Shown here: positions 38,522 to 49,816 of the stretch, one piece after another | Position numbering within the stretch: the stretch's first letter is position 1 | Layout: every line of letters starts with the position of its first letter | Notes under the pieces: generated by a model | Databases searched by the model: none | What the model was told of the DNA's origin: nothing | What the model saw: the letters and a program-made list of their open reading frames with translations, nothing else | Translations under genes and position numbers: made by a program | Assembly: GCA_001599295.1 (NCBI GenBank) | Contig: BCGN01000001.1 | Span: 1,302,001-1,366,000 of the forward strand | Source of the DNA: Sporopachydermia quercuum | Lineage: Eukaryota | DNA length: 64,000 bases | Direction: 5' to 3'

Positions 38522-38529
38522 CTCATCGC
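38522..38529 (-). promoter_or_regulatory. PAC motif GCGATGAG in the KAR2-TAD2 divergent intergenic region (likely acting on TAD2)
   Basis: ctcatcgc on the + strand is a perfect PAC consensus; further GATGAG at about 38744-38749. Confidence 0.4.
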
Positions 38530-38964
38530 GCGAATAACCAGTGATCTCCTATCTACCTATCTCATTCTCACGTTCTGCCTTATCGTTTTGGCTCCCAAAA
38601 CGCAACGCGTAAACGTTCTGGAACCCAATGGAAATTGAAATAATGGGGTAAACGCCAGCAAAGCAGAAACGAAAATAATATTGTACGGATGTTGGAATTC
38701 TGTGGCGTTGTACTTAGGCATAATTTGTGGTTGAATATTTATGAGATGAGACGTGATGTTGAAAGATTGCAGAAAAGTTTGTTGTAAGGAAATAGTATTG
38801 TATTCTGAGTGATCTGAGAAAGCTTTGAAAAGCATATGAATCAATAATGTGCTGAGGAATGACAAGGAGAAACAGCAATGTACTTAGCATTGTGTTCTAT
38901 GGAATGCTATAGATATAAATGGTTTCAGTTCAAATATTATTAGAATGTAACAATTTGTTGCATA

Positions 38965-39947
38965 ATGGTTGAAATACAAAGCATTAAGTGGAACAGGTCT
39001 CTTGAGCCTCATGTCGGGTTTATGAGAGAAGCACTAAGTATGGTCAGTAATGATTTGATCGGAATGGCAATATAAGGGCTGGAGACGATAATTTGTGGTT
39101 TGGAAATATTAAGGGAGTTGAATTAACAAGAATTTGGTTATTTTAGGCTGAGAGAGCTCTTGAGTTTAAAGAAGTTCCCGTTGGCTGTGTATTTGTTCTG
39201 AACGGTAGAGTAATTGCCAGAGGAATGAATGATACCAATCGATCATTATGTGTAAGTAAACTGTTGGAATGAGAATGGAGACAATGACATTGTGTGATTT
39301 CTGATAAGAGAATGTAGAATATATTAACAGAGCGTGTCAAGGGTATCAAACACGCAGAGTTTTCGGCTATTGATGAGGTTTTGAACGTGAGAAAACTACC
39401 CACAAGTTCATTCCAGGATATGGATTTATATGTTACTGTTGAGCCTTGTGTTATGTGTGCATCTGCTTTAGCACAGTTGAATATAAGGCGAGTATTTTTT
39501 GGTGCAGCCAATGATCGTTTCGGAGGAAATGGATCTGTTTTGAAAATAAATCAACCCACAAATTACGCAGCGTATCCCGGATTTCTTCGTGAGGAAGCCA
39601 TATTGCTTTTGCGGAAGTTTTATGTCAAAGAGAACACCAAAGCACCGAATCCGAGAGATAAAAAGAAAAGAATTCTGAAACAGCAAGATTTTCCAGATTT
39701 AGATTTCCGCCTTTACATCACCAAAGAAGAATTCATAACTATGTATGGAAAAGAGAATGTTGCACTTTATGACATACCTGCAGATTACTCCATCAGTCTT
39801 GACTCATTAGTTGGATGTGAGACTAATGAGTGTCAAAATGTTACAGAGCAGGATGAAAGCTGTGATGAAATTTATGATGAAGATGCAAGCAATAGGAAGA
39901 GACGAAGGAATGGTCAAGGAGCATCCGATGGAAACAAAAGAGATTAG
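38965..39947 (+). CDS. TAD2: tRNA-specific adenosine-34 deaminase catalytic subunit (3 exons: 38965-39042, 39147-39251, 39342-39947)
   Basis: Spliced FMREALSMAERALEFKEVPVGCVFV...GMNDTNRSLCGIKHAEF (HAE) and LYVTVEPCVMCASAL (PCxxC), then FGAANDRFGGNGSV. Confidence 0.88.
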
Positions 39948-40168
39948 ATTTAGGATTCTTAAAACTGCAATTAAGCAAAACTTTGAGTATGAGACATGCT
40001 TCTATACCATGTAGGAAACGTACTAATAATACTTTACTATCAAAAGAGAGATTCGTTATATTTCCCAGAAGGCTGAAATGACTAAACATAATAACATCAA
40101 ACGAAACCGAGCGCAAACGTTTGTAAAATATCATGACTATTTCGTAAAATCCCATCTCACCCCACAAT

Positions 40169-41560
40169 TTAAGAGAGCTCTGCCTCAACCTTCTCCCAAT
40201 CTGATATGACATTTTCAAAGAATTTTATGTGGCTATCAGCTAAATCTCCAAGTGTATCTTTCATTTCTAACGCCTTAATTGTATCGAAATACTGTATCTC
40301 GTGATAAGTTTGATCTTCAAACGCATCAACTGTCTTTTTAGCGTTCTCAACTTCCACTGTTAGATGGCTTATCTTGCCTTCAAGTTTATTTAGACGGTCC
40401 TTTCTAGATTGCTCATGATCGACACCTCTTAAATCTTCGACCTTCATTCTAAGGAAGTTGGAGCCTCCACCTGATTGTAATGAAGATTTATCATGAGCTG
40501 CTTTGGCCAGATAATCAGACAAAGCTTCATAATCAATTTGCTTTTGATCCTTCTGCTTCAATAACATCTTTAATGATCCAACATAGTATTCCATATCTTT
40601 TAGTGACACCATATAGTTATTATCAATTTGCTCTTTCAGTTCCCCAAAGCCCTTTGATAATTTTGATAATCCCTCAGAGAACGCAACGAACTCTTTATTC
40701 AATCTAGGTTCAAGATCTGCGAGTTTGAGTATGTGGTTAGCAAAATCTTTATAGTCAGATTCCAATTCTCCTTCTCTTCTGACTACTTTAGTGAATATCT
40801 TCTCTAAACCACTAAGATTATCATCTAATTTGTCAGCCTTTTCTTTCACTTCGACAAACTCTTTAGATTGAACATGAGCCTTTTTGAATGCATTCATGAA
40901 TGAATCTGAGATACTGTCAACAACACTCGGTTCAGCAGCTGTAACTTGATGTCGGATAGTGACAGACTTCTTGAATGAATTCCAATCTGTACTTTCTAAA
41001 AAGGTATGATAAACATTTGACCTTTTCAACACAGGGTGATTAGATATTCTAGACAAAAATCTGTTTAAAGAGTTAGCCCTTTTGCTCGTAAACTCTTTAC
41101 CAAATCGATCCCCAGTAATGTATTCTAATCTTTGCTTATCGGGTAAAGGGGGAACAGCACAAGCGGGAAAATCTGTGAGAAGGGCTTGATATAGGAAATA
41201 AAAATCAGAAAATCTTCTTCTAATACGTAATGAAGATGTTTGAAATACTGGTGAATTGCTCTCTGTCACGATTAAGTATGAAACAAATGCGTTAGGTCCA
41301 TCTTGTTCTTTCTGTGGGTCAGAAACCACAGACCGGATATAAATGTTATCAACTCTTCTACCTTCAGTATCTCCTAGCGAAATAGCTTTATTTTCACTAG
41401 TGTCGTTCTCGTCAACTCTGCTTTTGCCCTCTGATATAGCTTGATCTTCAGTTGGTTCCTCTAAGATAGGCTGAGTACTAGCAAATGTGTCTTCTTTGTT
41501 CCCATCACCGGTTTCTTCTTTTCTGTCCCAAGTGACAGACGAAAAATCACTTTCTGACAT
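40169..41560 (-). CDS. SNX4: Sorting nexin Snx4/Atg24 (PX-BAR)
   Basis: PX domain IRRRFSDFYFL...CAVPPLPDKQRLEYITGDRF and BAR region QKDQKQIDYEALSDYL, KVEDLRGVDHEQSR. Confidence 0.92.
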   Translation of the reverse strand: MSESDFSSVTWDRKEETGDGNKEDTFASTQPILEEPTEDQAISEGKSRVDENDTSENKAISLGDTEGRRVDNIYIRSVVSDPQKEQDGPNAFVSYLIVTESNSPVFQTSSLRIRRRFSDFYFLYQALLTDFPACAVPPLPDKQRLEYITGDRFGKEFTSKRANSLNRFLSRISNHPVLKRSNVYHTFLESTDWNSFKKSVTIRHQVTAAEPSVVDSISDSFMNAFKKAHVQSKEFVEVKEKADKLDDNLSGLEKIFTKVVRREGELESDYKDFANHILKLADLEPRLNKEFVAFSEGLSKLSKGFGELKEQIDNNYMVSLKDMEYYVGSLKMLLKQKDQKQIDYEALSDYLAKAAHDKSSLQSGGGSNFLRMKVEDLRGVDHEQSRKDRLNKLEGKISHLTVEVENAKKTVDAFEDQTYHEIQYFDTIKALEMKDTLGDLADSHIKFFENVISDWEKVEAELS

Positions 41561-42435
41561 TTATGTCAATAAATAAATTAGTTTAACAATAGCTGCAGTT
41601 CTTCAACTGAATAAATGAATCTTCGCTATATAATCACACTTAACAAACTGCCGTTGAAAATCTCCGACTTGAACTCCGATAAGCCCTTATCAATGTCTCT
41701 TCAACTCAATGCGTAATTAATTATCCTTTACTTTCTGCTTAAGACACACTCATCCACTATCAAATACCATCAAGTAGTCACCAATATATCATATCAAATT
41801 TGAAATTTCTCTGCTATAAATTACTTGCAAGCAATCCTGGTTCAGGTAATGAGTTTCCTTAAACAACAAACAAGCAAGCTCACCACTTACATTAATCAGC
41901 TATCTTCACACTTCTGTAGTCTTCCCCTCCCATCCTGTCAATTGCCGCAAATGAGATGATGAAGGGCGAAACAACACGAGAGGAGATGCGATGCATTTGA
42001 GGTGAATGGGTGGTTTGTATCCAAATGATTATTACATCATCAAGCAATGCATAGGGAAAAGTTTAAGAGTCACATGACTCAAAATGATGAACGCGAACCA
42101 ACCCTTCAATGATTTGAAATATAAATAATGGAAAGCGGTAGTTCCGCAAAAAACAAATAAACAGGTCATACCTATCGTCGAACAGCTCTTACAATTCCTA
42201 ATAAGCAATACGTATACAAACGGAGTAGTTGATTTAAGGAGCATTAGTGGAAGGCGCAATCTAAGCGTCATTCTTTCATAAGTTGTAACGTCTACTATTC
42301 TGTTTATTCAATACGCGTCCTATATAACTGATCTGAGTAATAAGTTTACTATAGGTATTTGAAAGTTGGAAGACAGAAACGAACACTAATTAAATTATAT
42401 TGAGAATAACATTGGTCAATAAGACTCTATCAACA

Positions 42436-45411
42436 ATGAGTTTACAACCTGCTCATCATAAAAGCAAAGCCATAGTTGAAGGCACGAAACTCACACAGGT
42501 GAAAGAGCACCTGTTTTCTGACTTCATTTTCCATATAATCGAATCAAGAGACTTGGTCATTGACGAAATAGAAACTCTAGAGAAACTACTTCGCCTTAAC
42601 GGAGCAATAGAAGTTATCATATCAAGAGAATCCGTGTCTCAGCGAATTGCAAATGGAGCTAGAATCGATTTCAGAACTGTATCACATATAATCGCTAGTA
42701 ATATCGATTTCCCGGAATATGACGAGGCAAACGAATTGATGATTCCAGTGATTAAACCCCAATGGGTCACTGATAGCGTTGAACGTCATAGATTATGCGC
42801 ATTCAGACCTTATTCTCCCGATCCAAGATTTATTTTCTCTTCTGTATTCATCACCTGTATAGGCATACCCGATGGTGATAAAGACGCTATATATAGTGGG
42901 GTACGAGCTTTAGGTGGTCAATGGTCGGATTCGTTGACCAAGTTCACTACTCATATAGTTGCATTAGATGCCAATGAAAATGCGTGTAAATTTGCTTTAT
43001 CGCGAAATGAAACACTGGAAGAGCAAGAGAAGGTGAAAATCGTTCTACCCCATTGGATAGATGATTGCTTCAAACTAAGGAGAAAAATTGATGAAGTTCC
43101 TTATATGTTACCTAATCCTCCTTTACTTCATTTGCATTCTGTCAAATCCCGACTACGGGAGACTGTTGATCCAAAAATTGGTTCTAATTTAGATGTGTTG
43201 ATGAAACTAGATATCGGCTCTGATTATCATAAGGAATCCAAGTTTCCCAAACTACCAGATTTTCCTGAAGGTATTGAACCTTTCCTTAATGGCAGAAGAT
43301 TTTTCTTTGGAACAGATATAAATGTATCAATGCATATGAGAAGATCGCTAGAAGACGCAATTATATGTGCAGGAGGTCAAGTGGTTTGCTCAAATAACAG
43401 CACTTTCAATAAAAGCAACAAACATTGGCTGAAATCTTCTAATTGTGATGCTTATGTTGGTCAATGGAGGGAAGGCGAAGAATATGTCACTGCCTCTAGA
43501 AACAAGCTTTTTGTTGGCAATCTTAACTGGATTTATTGGATGTGTGCCCATAATCAATGGTCTGCTCCACATAAAAGATTACTACATTATCCTTATGTTA
43601 AGGGAGGTATGCCAGGAATGCAAGATTTACAAATAGCTACCGCAAATTTCTCATCTGATGCAAGATACTATCTTTACAAGTTAATTGAAGCTATGGGAGG
43701 TAGTTTTACTCGTACTTTAACCAAATCAAATACTCATCTAATATGTGCAAGAAAGTATGGTAAGAAATACGAGTTTGCTGAAAAATGGGGAGTGAAAGTT
43801 ATTAATCATTTATGGATTGAGGAGTCTTATGCTAATTGGTTTTTCCAAGATCCTTCAAAGCCTCGGTATCTACATTTCCCAAAACTTACTAATTTATCAG
43901 AGGTCGTTGGTCAAACCCAACATAATTTGCAGGTATTGAGAAAGTTCTATACAACATCAAACGAAGCCAACGATTTATCAGATGTAAGTGTTGTTCTGGA
44001 TAGTCAAGATGAGCCAGAGGATAATACTGAGAATGAATTATCTCTTCCTGTCTCAACGCATAAGGCTACATCACCTTTAAGGCCATTCAATAACAGTAAA
44101 ACTACGAACAAAGAAAACGTACCTAAATTAAAACAAAAATGTGATGTTTCTAATGCCAAACAATCTGTAGAAGTGAATGAGACTATTTCTACTACTAATA
44201 AGAAATTATCTTCAAACTTCAGCACTTCGATCACTCCTCTTCAACCGAATAATAAACATGAAAACCTTCCAAGGAACCTAACTCCTTCAGCTAATGATGA
44301 TACTTCTTCAACACCACGAGTTGGCAAAAATCCCCTGAGAAAAGCCAGAGCAGCTGCTGAGGAGAAACTGCATAATAATATCCAAGATCTGAACTTGTTC
44401 TCCAAACAGCTGAAAGGCCATCATGGTCATATTAGAAGTGACGATATGCCTTTATTACCGTTTGAAATAAAAGAAAAAGAGAAGGCAAAGGCGAAGAAAC
44501 AACTGAAAAAGGAAACAGCAACTAATAATGAAGTAAAGGCAAGCGAAGGAACATCTGTTGAGCCAGAATGTGATTTGGAGAATAATGAGAAAGAAAACAC
44601 AACTAAAGCTAAATCAGGAAGGAAAAGGAAGAGTGACACTATCAAGACAGAAGATAAGAAGAAGCAAAAGACTGAAAGCCCTGTTTCAAATGATAAATAC
44701 TTTGGTAGAATGTCTCTTCTTATCACTGGATATGAAGGAATTATTAGTCGTGTTCATACTAAATTAATGTCAGAATTAGGTATAAAGATAGTATCTAAAG
44801 TTGAACAATGTTCACATTTAGTTGCACCTCGGATTCTCCGAACTGAGAAATTTCTCTGTGCTTTAGCTTTTGCTCCTGATATTCTGAGTACTAAGTTCTT
44901 ATCTACTCTATTTAATATATTCAATGATAATGACAATGAGGTTGAATCTGTTGTCAAGGAATTAGATAAACGATTGCTCAAGAGTAATTTGCTAAAGGAA
45001 TTTGCTATTACTGACAATGAAAATGAGAAGGAGTTGAATTTGAAGATAGGGGAGACGGTTGAACGTGCTAAAAAACTTGCTGGAAGTAAAAAGAAGTTGT
45101 TTGATGGCTACACTTTCAATGTGACTCCTGGGGTTCCTGGTGGGTTTGCTGTTGTACAGCATATCATAAAAACACATGGCGGTGAAGCCTTCAAAGTGAA
45201 AACCTCAGTAAGCACGAAATTCGAATCATGTAAAAATGGTAAGTGTATTATGATCTCAAAGCCTAAAGATAGAGCATATTATGATAGTTTCAAAGCTACA
45301 ATGAAGGAAAAAGCCCAATCGTGTATGGTTTACGATTGGAGTTGGGTATGTAATTCTATTCTACATATGAAGGTTTTGGAAGAGAATGAATCAATAGATT
45401 TGAAACTATAG
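42436..45411 (+). CDS. RTT107: Multi-BRCT DNA-damage scaffold (Rtt107/Brc1)
   Basis: N-terminal BRCT repeats (RPYSPDPRFIFS, VLPHWIDDC, VGNLNWIY, LLHYP, INHLWIEESY) and a C-terminal BRCT pair (HLVAPRILRTEKFLCAL). ATG at 42436. Confidence 0.85.
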   Translation: MSLQPAHHKSKAIVEGTKLTQVKEHLFSDFIFHIIESRDLVIDEIETLEKLLRLNGAIEVIISRESVSQRIANGARIDFRTVSHIIASNIDFPEYDEANELMIPVIKPQWVTDSVERHRLCAFRPYSPDPRFIFSSVFITCIGIPDGDKDAIYSGVRALGGQWSDSLTKFTTHIVALDANENACKFALSRNETLEEQEKVKIVLPHWIDDCFKLRRKIDEVPYMLPNPPLLHLHSVKSRLRETVDPKIGSNLDVLMKLDIGSDYHKESKFPKLPDFPEGIEPFLNGRRFFFGTDINVSMHMRRSLEDAIICAGGQVVCSNNSTFNKSNKHWLKSSNCDAYVGQWREGEEYVTASRNKLFVGNLNWIYWMCAHNQWSAPHKRLLHYPYVKGGMPGMQDLQIATANFSSDARYYLYKLIEAMGGSFTRTLTKSNTHLICARKYGKKYEFAEKWGVKVINHLWIEESYANWFFQDPSKPRYLHFPKLTNLSEVVGQTQHNLQVLRKFYTTSNEANDLSDVSVVLDSQDEPEDNTENELSLPVSTHKATSPLRPFNNSKTTNKENVPKLKQKCDVSNAKQSVEVNETISTTNKKLSSNFSTSITPLQPNNKHENLPRNLTPSANDDTSSTPRVGKNPLRKARAAAEEKLHNNIQDLNLFSKQLKGHHGHIRSDDMPLLPFEIKEKEKAKAKKQLKKETATNNEVKASEGTSVEPECDLENNEKENTTKAKSGRKRKSDTIKTEDKKKQKTESPVSNDKYFGRMSLLITGYEGIISRVHTKLMSELGIKIVSKVEQCSHLVAPRILRTEKFLCALAFAPDILSTKFLSTLFNIFNDNDNEVESVVKELDKRLLKSNLLKEFAITDNENEKELNLKIGETVERAKKLAGSKKKLFDGYTFNVTPGVPGGFAVVQHIIKTHGGEAFKVKTSVSTKFESCKNGKCIMISKPKDRAYYDSFKATMKEKAQSCMVYDWSWVCNSILHMKVLEENESIDLKL

Positions 45412-45745
45412 TACCGGGATAAATGAATAATTATGGAGAATAGATTTGGAACGGAAGTATTTAGGATACAATGAATAACTGTGATATTAATTACTATGTA
45501 TTCCTCATCTATTAGTACTACGAATATAAATACATGCCCTTATATGAATAGTAGTAGTTAGTAGTAGCGACAACTCTTTGGGACTCTACATTATAGAACA
45601 TGATAATTTAATGGAAATCGAGGAATAATATAACAAGAAATGGAAATTCAAGTTTTTATTTAATATAAGTGAAGAGTTCAATTACTGAACTAGGCCACTA
45701 CATACCAATATTAGCAACCAGACAGCCTTCAAGGGATTACGTTAT

Positions 45746-48656
45746 TTAAGCATCGTAGGTAGTGGCAGAAACGTTACCACCTCTTCCAGTCCAGTTGATG
45801 TGAATATCCTTACCAGCAGGTAAAGATTTGGAAGCAAATTCAGGTAGAACGCGGAAAGTATGAGCACCAAAGTAATCACGTTGAGCTTGCAACAAGTTAG
45901 CTGGTAATCTAGCAGATCTGTAACCATCGTAGAAAGACAAGGCAGTTGCAAAAGCAGGAGTAGGAATACCCCAAGTGAAAGATTGGGCAACAATCTTTCT
46001 CCATGATTCTTGAGCTTTGGAGATAGCCTCATTGAAGAAAGGATGGAATAACAAGTTTTCTAGGTCAGGATTCTCCTTGTAAGCCTTAGTGATTTCACCA
46101 AGGAAAACCGATCTGATGATACAACCGCCTCTCCACATAAGAGCAATAGCAGCATTGTTTAATTTCCAGCCGTATTCCTTAGCAGCTTCACGGATGAGCA
46201 TGAAACCTTGAGCATAAGAAATAATCTTGGAAGCATACAAAGCTTGTTCTAATTGATCAATGAATTCCTTCTTGTCGCCAGTGAATTTAGGAACAGTTGG
46301 TCCTTCTAAAACCTTAGAAGCTTCAACTCTTTCACCCTTAATAGCAGACAAACATCTGGAGAAGACGGCTTCACCAATAAGAGTAACAGGCATACCTAAG
46401 TCCAAAGCACTGATAGCAGTCCACTTACCAGTACCCTTTTGACCAGCGGTATCCAGGATCTTTTCAACTAAAGGAGTTCCATCCTCATCATTGTATTTCA
46501 AAATGTCACTGGTGATTTCAATCAAGAAAGAGTCTAAAACACCCTTGTTCCAGGTAGTGAAAACTTCACCAATTTCATTATCAGATAAACCAGCGCCTCT
46601 CTTCAATAAATCATAAGCTTCACAAATCAATTGCATATCACCATATTCAATACCATTATGAACCATCTTAACATAGTGACCAGAACCAGCTTCACCAACC
46701 CAGTCGCAGCATGGTTCACCATCAGTTTTAGCGGCGATAGCTTGGAAAATTTTCTTAATGTGGGGCCAAGCATCAGGATGTCCACCAGGCATCAAAGAAG
46801 GACCATATCTAGCACCTTCTTCACCACCGGAAACACCAGAACCGACAAACAGAATTCCTTGTTCTTTTAGTTCCTCGTATCTTCTGTTAGTGTCAGGGAA
46901 ATGTGAATTACCACCATCAATGATGATATCACCCTTATCCAAGAAAGGTAATAATTGTTGAATGAAGTTGTCAACAGCGGCACCTGCTTTGACCAACAAG
47001 ATGATTCTTCTGGGTCTCTTCAAGTTGTCAACTAATTCCTTTATGGAGTGAGCGCCAATAATTGATTTTCCCTTTGCTTCATGTTCCAGAAAATTATCAA
47101 CCTTAGAAACAGTACGGTTGTAAGCAACAACAGTGAAACCGTGGTCAGCGGCGTTGAGGATCAAGTTTTGACCCATAACGGCCAAACCAATAAGACCAAT
47201 ATCGCCACTATAAAAAATTTGTTAGTAATCCGATAAGCTTTTTTAATCATTCTGCTAATAAATAGAGAGTTATTGAAAGACAAAATCACCTTGAAGGTTT
47301 CGCAGCCAACTTCACCAGCATTTAATCAAATATGATTTGTGAGGATCTATCTACCTACTATCACATACATAGCACTCATCTTCTTCTCAGGGTTGAGATG
47401 CCTTAGCACAGAAGACACTCTATTCATTTTCATCCAAATATCAATGCCTATCTTATGCTAAACTGCTCATCAAACGAATGAGAAAGACATGGATGGGTAT
47501 GTATAATTTAACACATAACATCAAAAATAAAAATAAAACATCAATTGCAAATTTCAACTCGTCGTATTATAGCCATTCAACCCCCATATCCTTATATCAT
47601 CTCATCGCCATAACCTTTTACTTTCTTTCATCCACTATAAATATAATCCCACTTTTATCTTTCAACCTCCAGCTCCAAAAATCCGTGGGGGGTTATTCTT
47701 CATTTTATCATGTTCCTCGCTTCACCAAAAGAATCCAGTTTAAGCACAGCACGTGATAGTAGTTTACATCTCCTAAATACCCTCTCCCATAGTTTTAAAG
47801 TTCCGGTACAATTAAAATAAGTATGTCTTTCTTTGTACGGAAGAGGGATACACAAATTGATTTATGGAGCAAAGAAGAGAGAGGGCGAGTAAGGAAAAAG
47901 AATGAGCCGGAAGAAAGTGAAGATGAGAGAGGCATAAATATGAAAGATGGGGTATTTTGATGTAACTAAAAAGAGTATGAGAAGGTATAACTTGATATAA
48001 ATAAGTAGGTTTGTCGAGAGAAAAAGATGAAGAATTCACGCAAGGTATAAGAACACTTAGGCGATATGCAGTATACTATGTTGCATGCATATGACGAAGG
48101 AGTTGAAAATTCAATGAGTGTGATAAAGGATATGAGCACATCATAAAGTCAATGGTATGGTATGTATTGTCAAGAGGAGCAGATAATAGGGTATTATAAT
48201 AGGATGAATTTTTCTGACCATGAGAGTTTGAGGCTTTTGAATGGTGATAAAATATGCACAATTGATAATCGATCCATATGCTTTTGTTCAGAGGATAACG
48301 TCAAGGCTGAAAGAAGTAGGAGCATGGCCATATTAACAATTGAAAGAAGAATGCACAGTGCGCAACTCTTACATAAAAATATGAACATTCTTCATCGAAA
48401 TTCTTTCTGAACAATTCCTAACCGTAATCACATAACATATCCTTCTGATGACTATTCAATTGTCAAGGATTCATCTATCTTATGCAAAACAGCTATTGGC
48501 AATCCAATTGAATCCCAATCTTCTAATAGTCAATTCATTTACCATTCAGTTATCAAGAACAACAAAAACATACTAGCCAGCAATGTTTTTTTCAAGCTAT
48601 CAAACCTCTCAATATCATCTTCAATCAAAAATTTCAACATACGAAGGAGCAGACAT
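45746..48656 (-). CDS. GND1: 6-phosphogluconate dehydrogenase, cytosolic isoform (exon 1 48656-48643; intron 48642-47208; exon 2 47207-45746)
   Basis: Spliced MSAPSGDIGLIGLAVMGQNL, GHYVKMVHNGIEYGDMQ and QAQRDYFGAHTF. Donor TC|GTATGT, branch TACTAAC and acceptor TATAG|T; strong codon bias. Confidence 0.95.
47369..47433 (-). CDS. GND1: Alternative first coding exon of GND1 encoding a PTS2 peroxisomal targeting signal
   Basis: ATG AAA ATG AAT AGA GTG TCT TCT GTG CTA AGG CAT CTC AAC CCT GAG AAG AAG ATG AGT GCT AT|GTATGT translates to MKMNRVSSVLRHLNPEKKMSA(I). The phase-2 donor matches the exon 2 acceptor. Confidence 0.8.
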
Positions 48657-49789
48657 ATTGTGAACGCTTTTTATTTTAAATATACTCTTGAACAATATTC
48701 TATTCTAAATTAATTGCTATCGCTTTATTACAGACAACAACAACTACAACAACAAGTATCTCAATCTATATCTCCAAAATATATATCAACATTCATTCTG
48801 AAAGAAAGGAAAAGGAGTTTATTCTTCCTTGAAAATTAGGATACTACTTAACTTATAAAGAAGGGAGATGGTAGTGAGTGTGCCGAAATAAGGTTCTTCA
48901 TTATAAAGTTCATTTCAAATGTATACGTAACAGTGATTTTTAGTAATGAGAGCAAACCGGAAATGATATTATGAGGAAAAACAAGTATCATTAGTCATTG
49001 AGGATGTGAATGCTGTGTGATCTATAACCTGTAGATGATGATGAGTACTTTATGCAAAAGATGGAGCAATTGGTTGAAGCAAAAACTTTCTGTTGGTGAT
49101 ATATACTAATGTTTATCATGCAGCTTAATCAGAGTGATTCTTTATGTGAAGACGTATTGATGTGCGGACCTATTGGTGTGGTTATGCAGTGCTAACAGCT
49201 GCTGATGCATATGAAGGAACGAGAAGTAATTGATGAGATGGTTGCACGTTGAGATGAAAATGTGAGTATTTTGTTTAATTAGTGGACCAAGAAGAGCAGT
49301 AAACCAAGCATAATATATATTTTACATTTTGAGAAGCTGTCTGTGAGATGGAACTAATATCTAGTGAAAATCATTACCAGTCATACGGGAAATAAGGAGC
49401 TTGTTGTTCATGGTGCATCCCTTCATTCCTTGCGTTGACGTTTGATCTAAGTAATTTCATGATTTGACAAGATGCAATAGAGGATCGCAACAATATCAGA
49501 TCAGATCTCTGAAAAGGATTATACGAAGATTCCAACTTTTCAATCCATTNTGACAGCTTAACGCTGAAATGTTATAATCTATTGGAACATAGATCGTTAA
49601 TCCTAATCTGAATCACCTCCCACACATCTAGTTCAGGAACGGAACAATACATGATATTTTACACTCCAGACTTGCGACAATTACAGAAAATACCTAGGGA
49701 ACCTTTCGATTACCAATTTTTGCCTTTGCAAGAAGATGCTGACCTGCCAATTGTTATCCAACTACTTCATACAATAATATTTATCAGAT

Positions 49790-49816
49790 AAATGGTCTAA
49801 ATGGTCTAAATGGTCT
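49790..49816. repeat. Tandem 9-mer (AAATGGTCT) x3 in the GND1 upstream intergenic region
   Basis: Direct reading. Confidence 0.8.

Noticed and set aside
45730..45748. Stop-codon readthrough to a cryptic PTS1 in GND1 (also checked for the hydroxyacid dehydrogenase at 16215)
   Set aside because: Downstream in-frame codons hit another stop within 2-3 codons and give no SKL-like tripeptide.
48568..48573. Second GTATGT donor 69 nt into the GND1 intron (possible micro-exon, stwintron or recursive site)
   Set aside because: Extending exon 1 to it meets an in-frame TGA. A 23-nt micro-exon (48596-48574) is not 3n and has no branch point. The base before the first donor is C, so removing an inner intron would not rebuild a GT donor.
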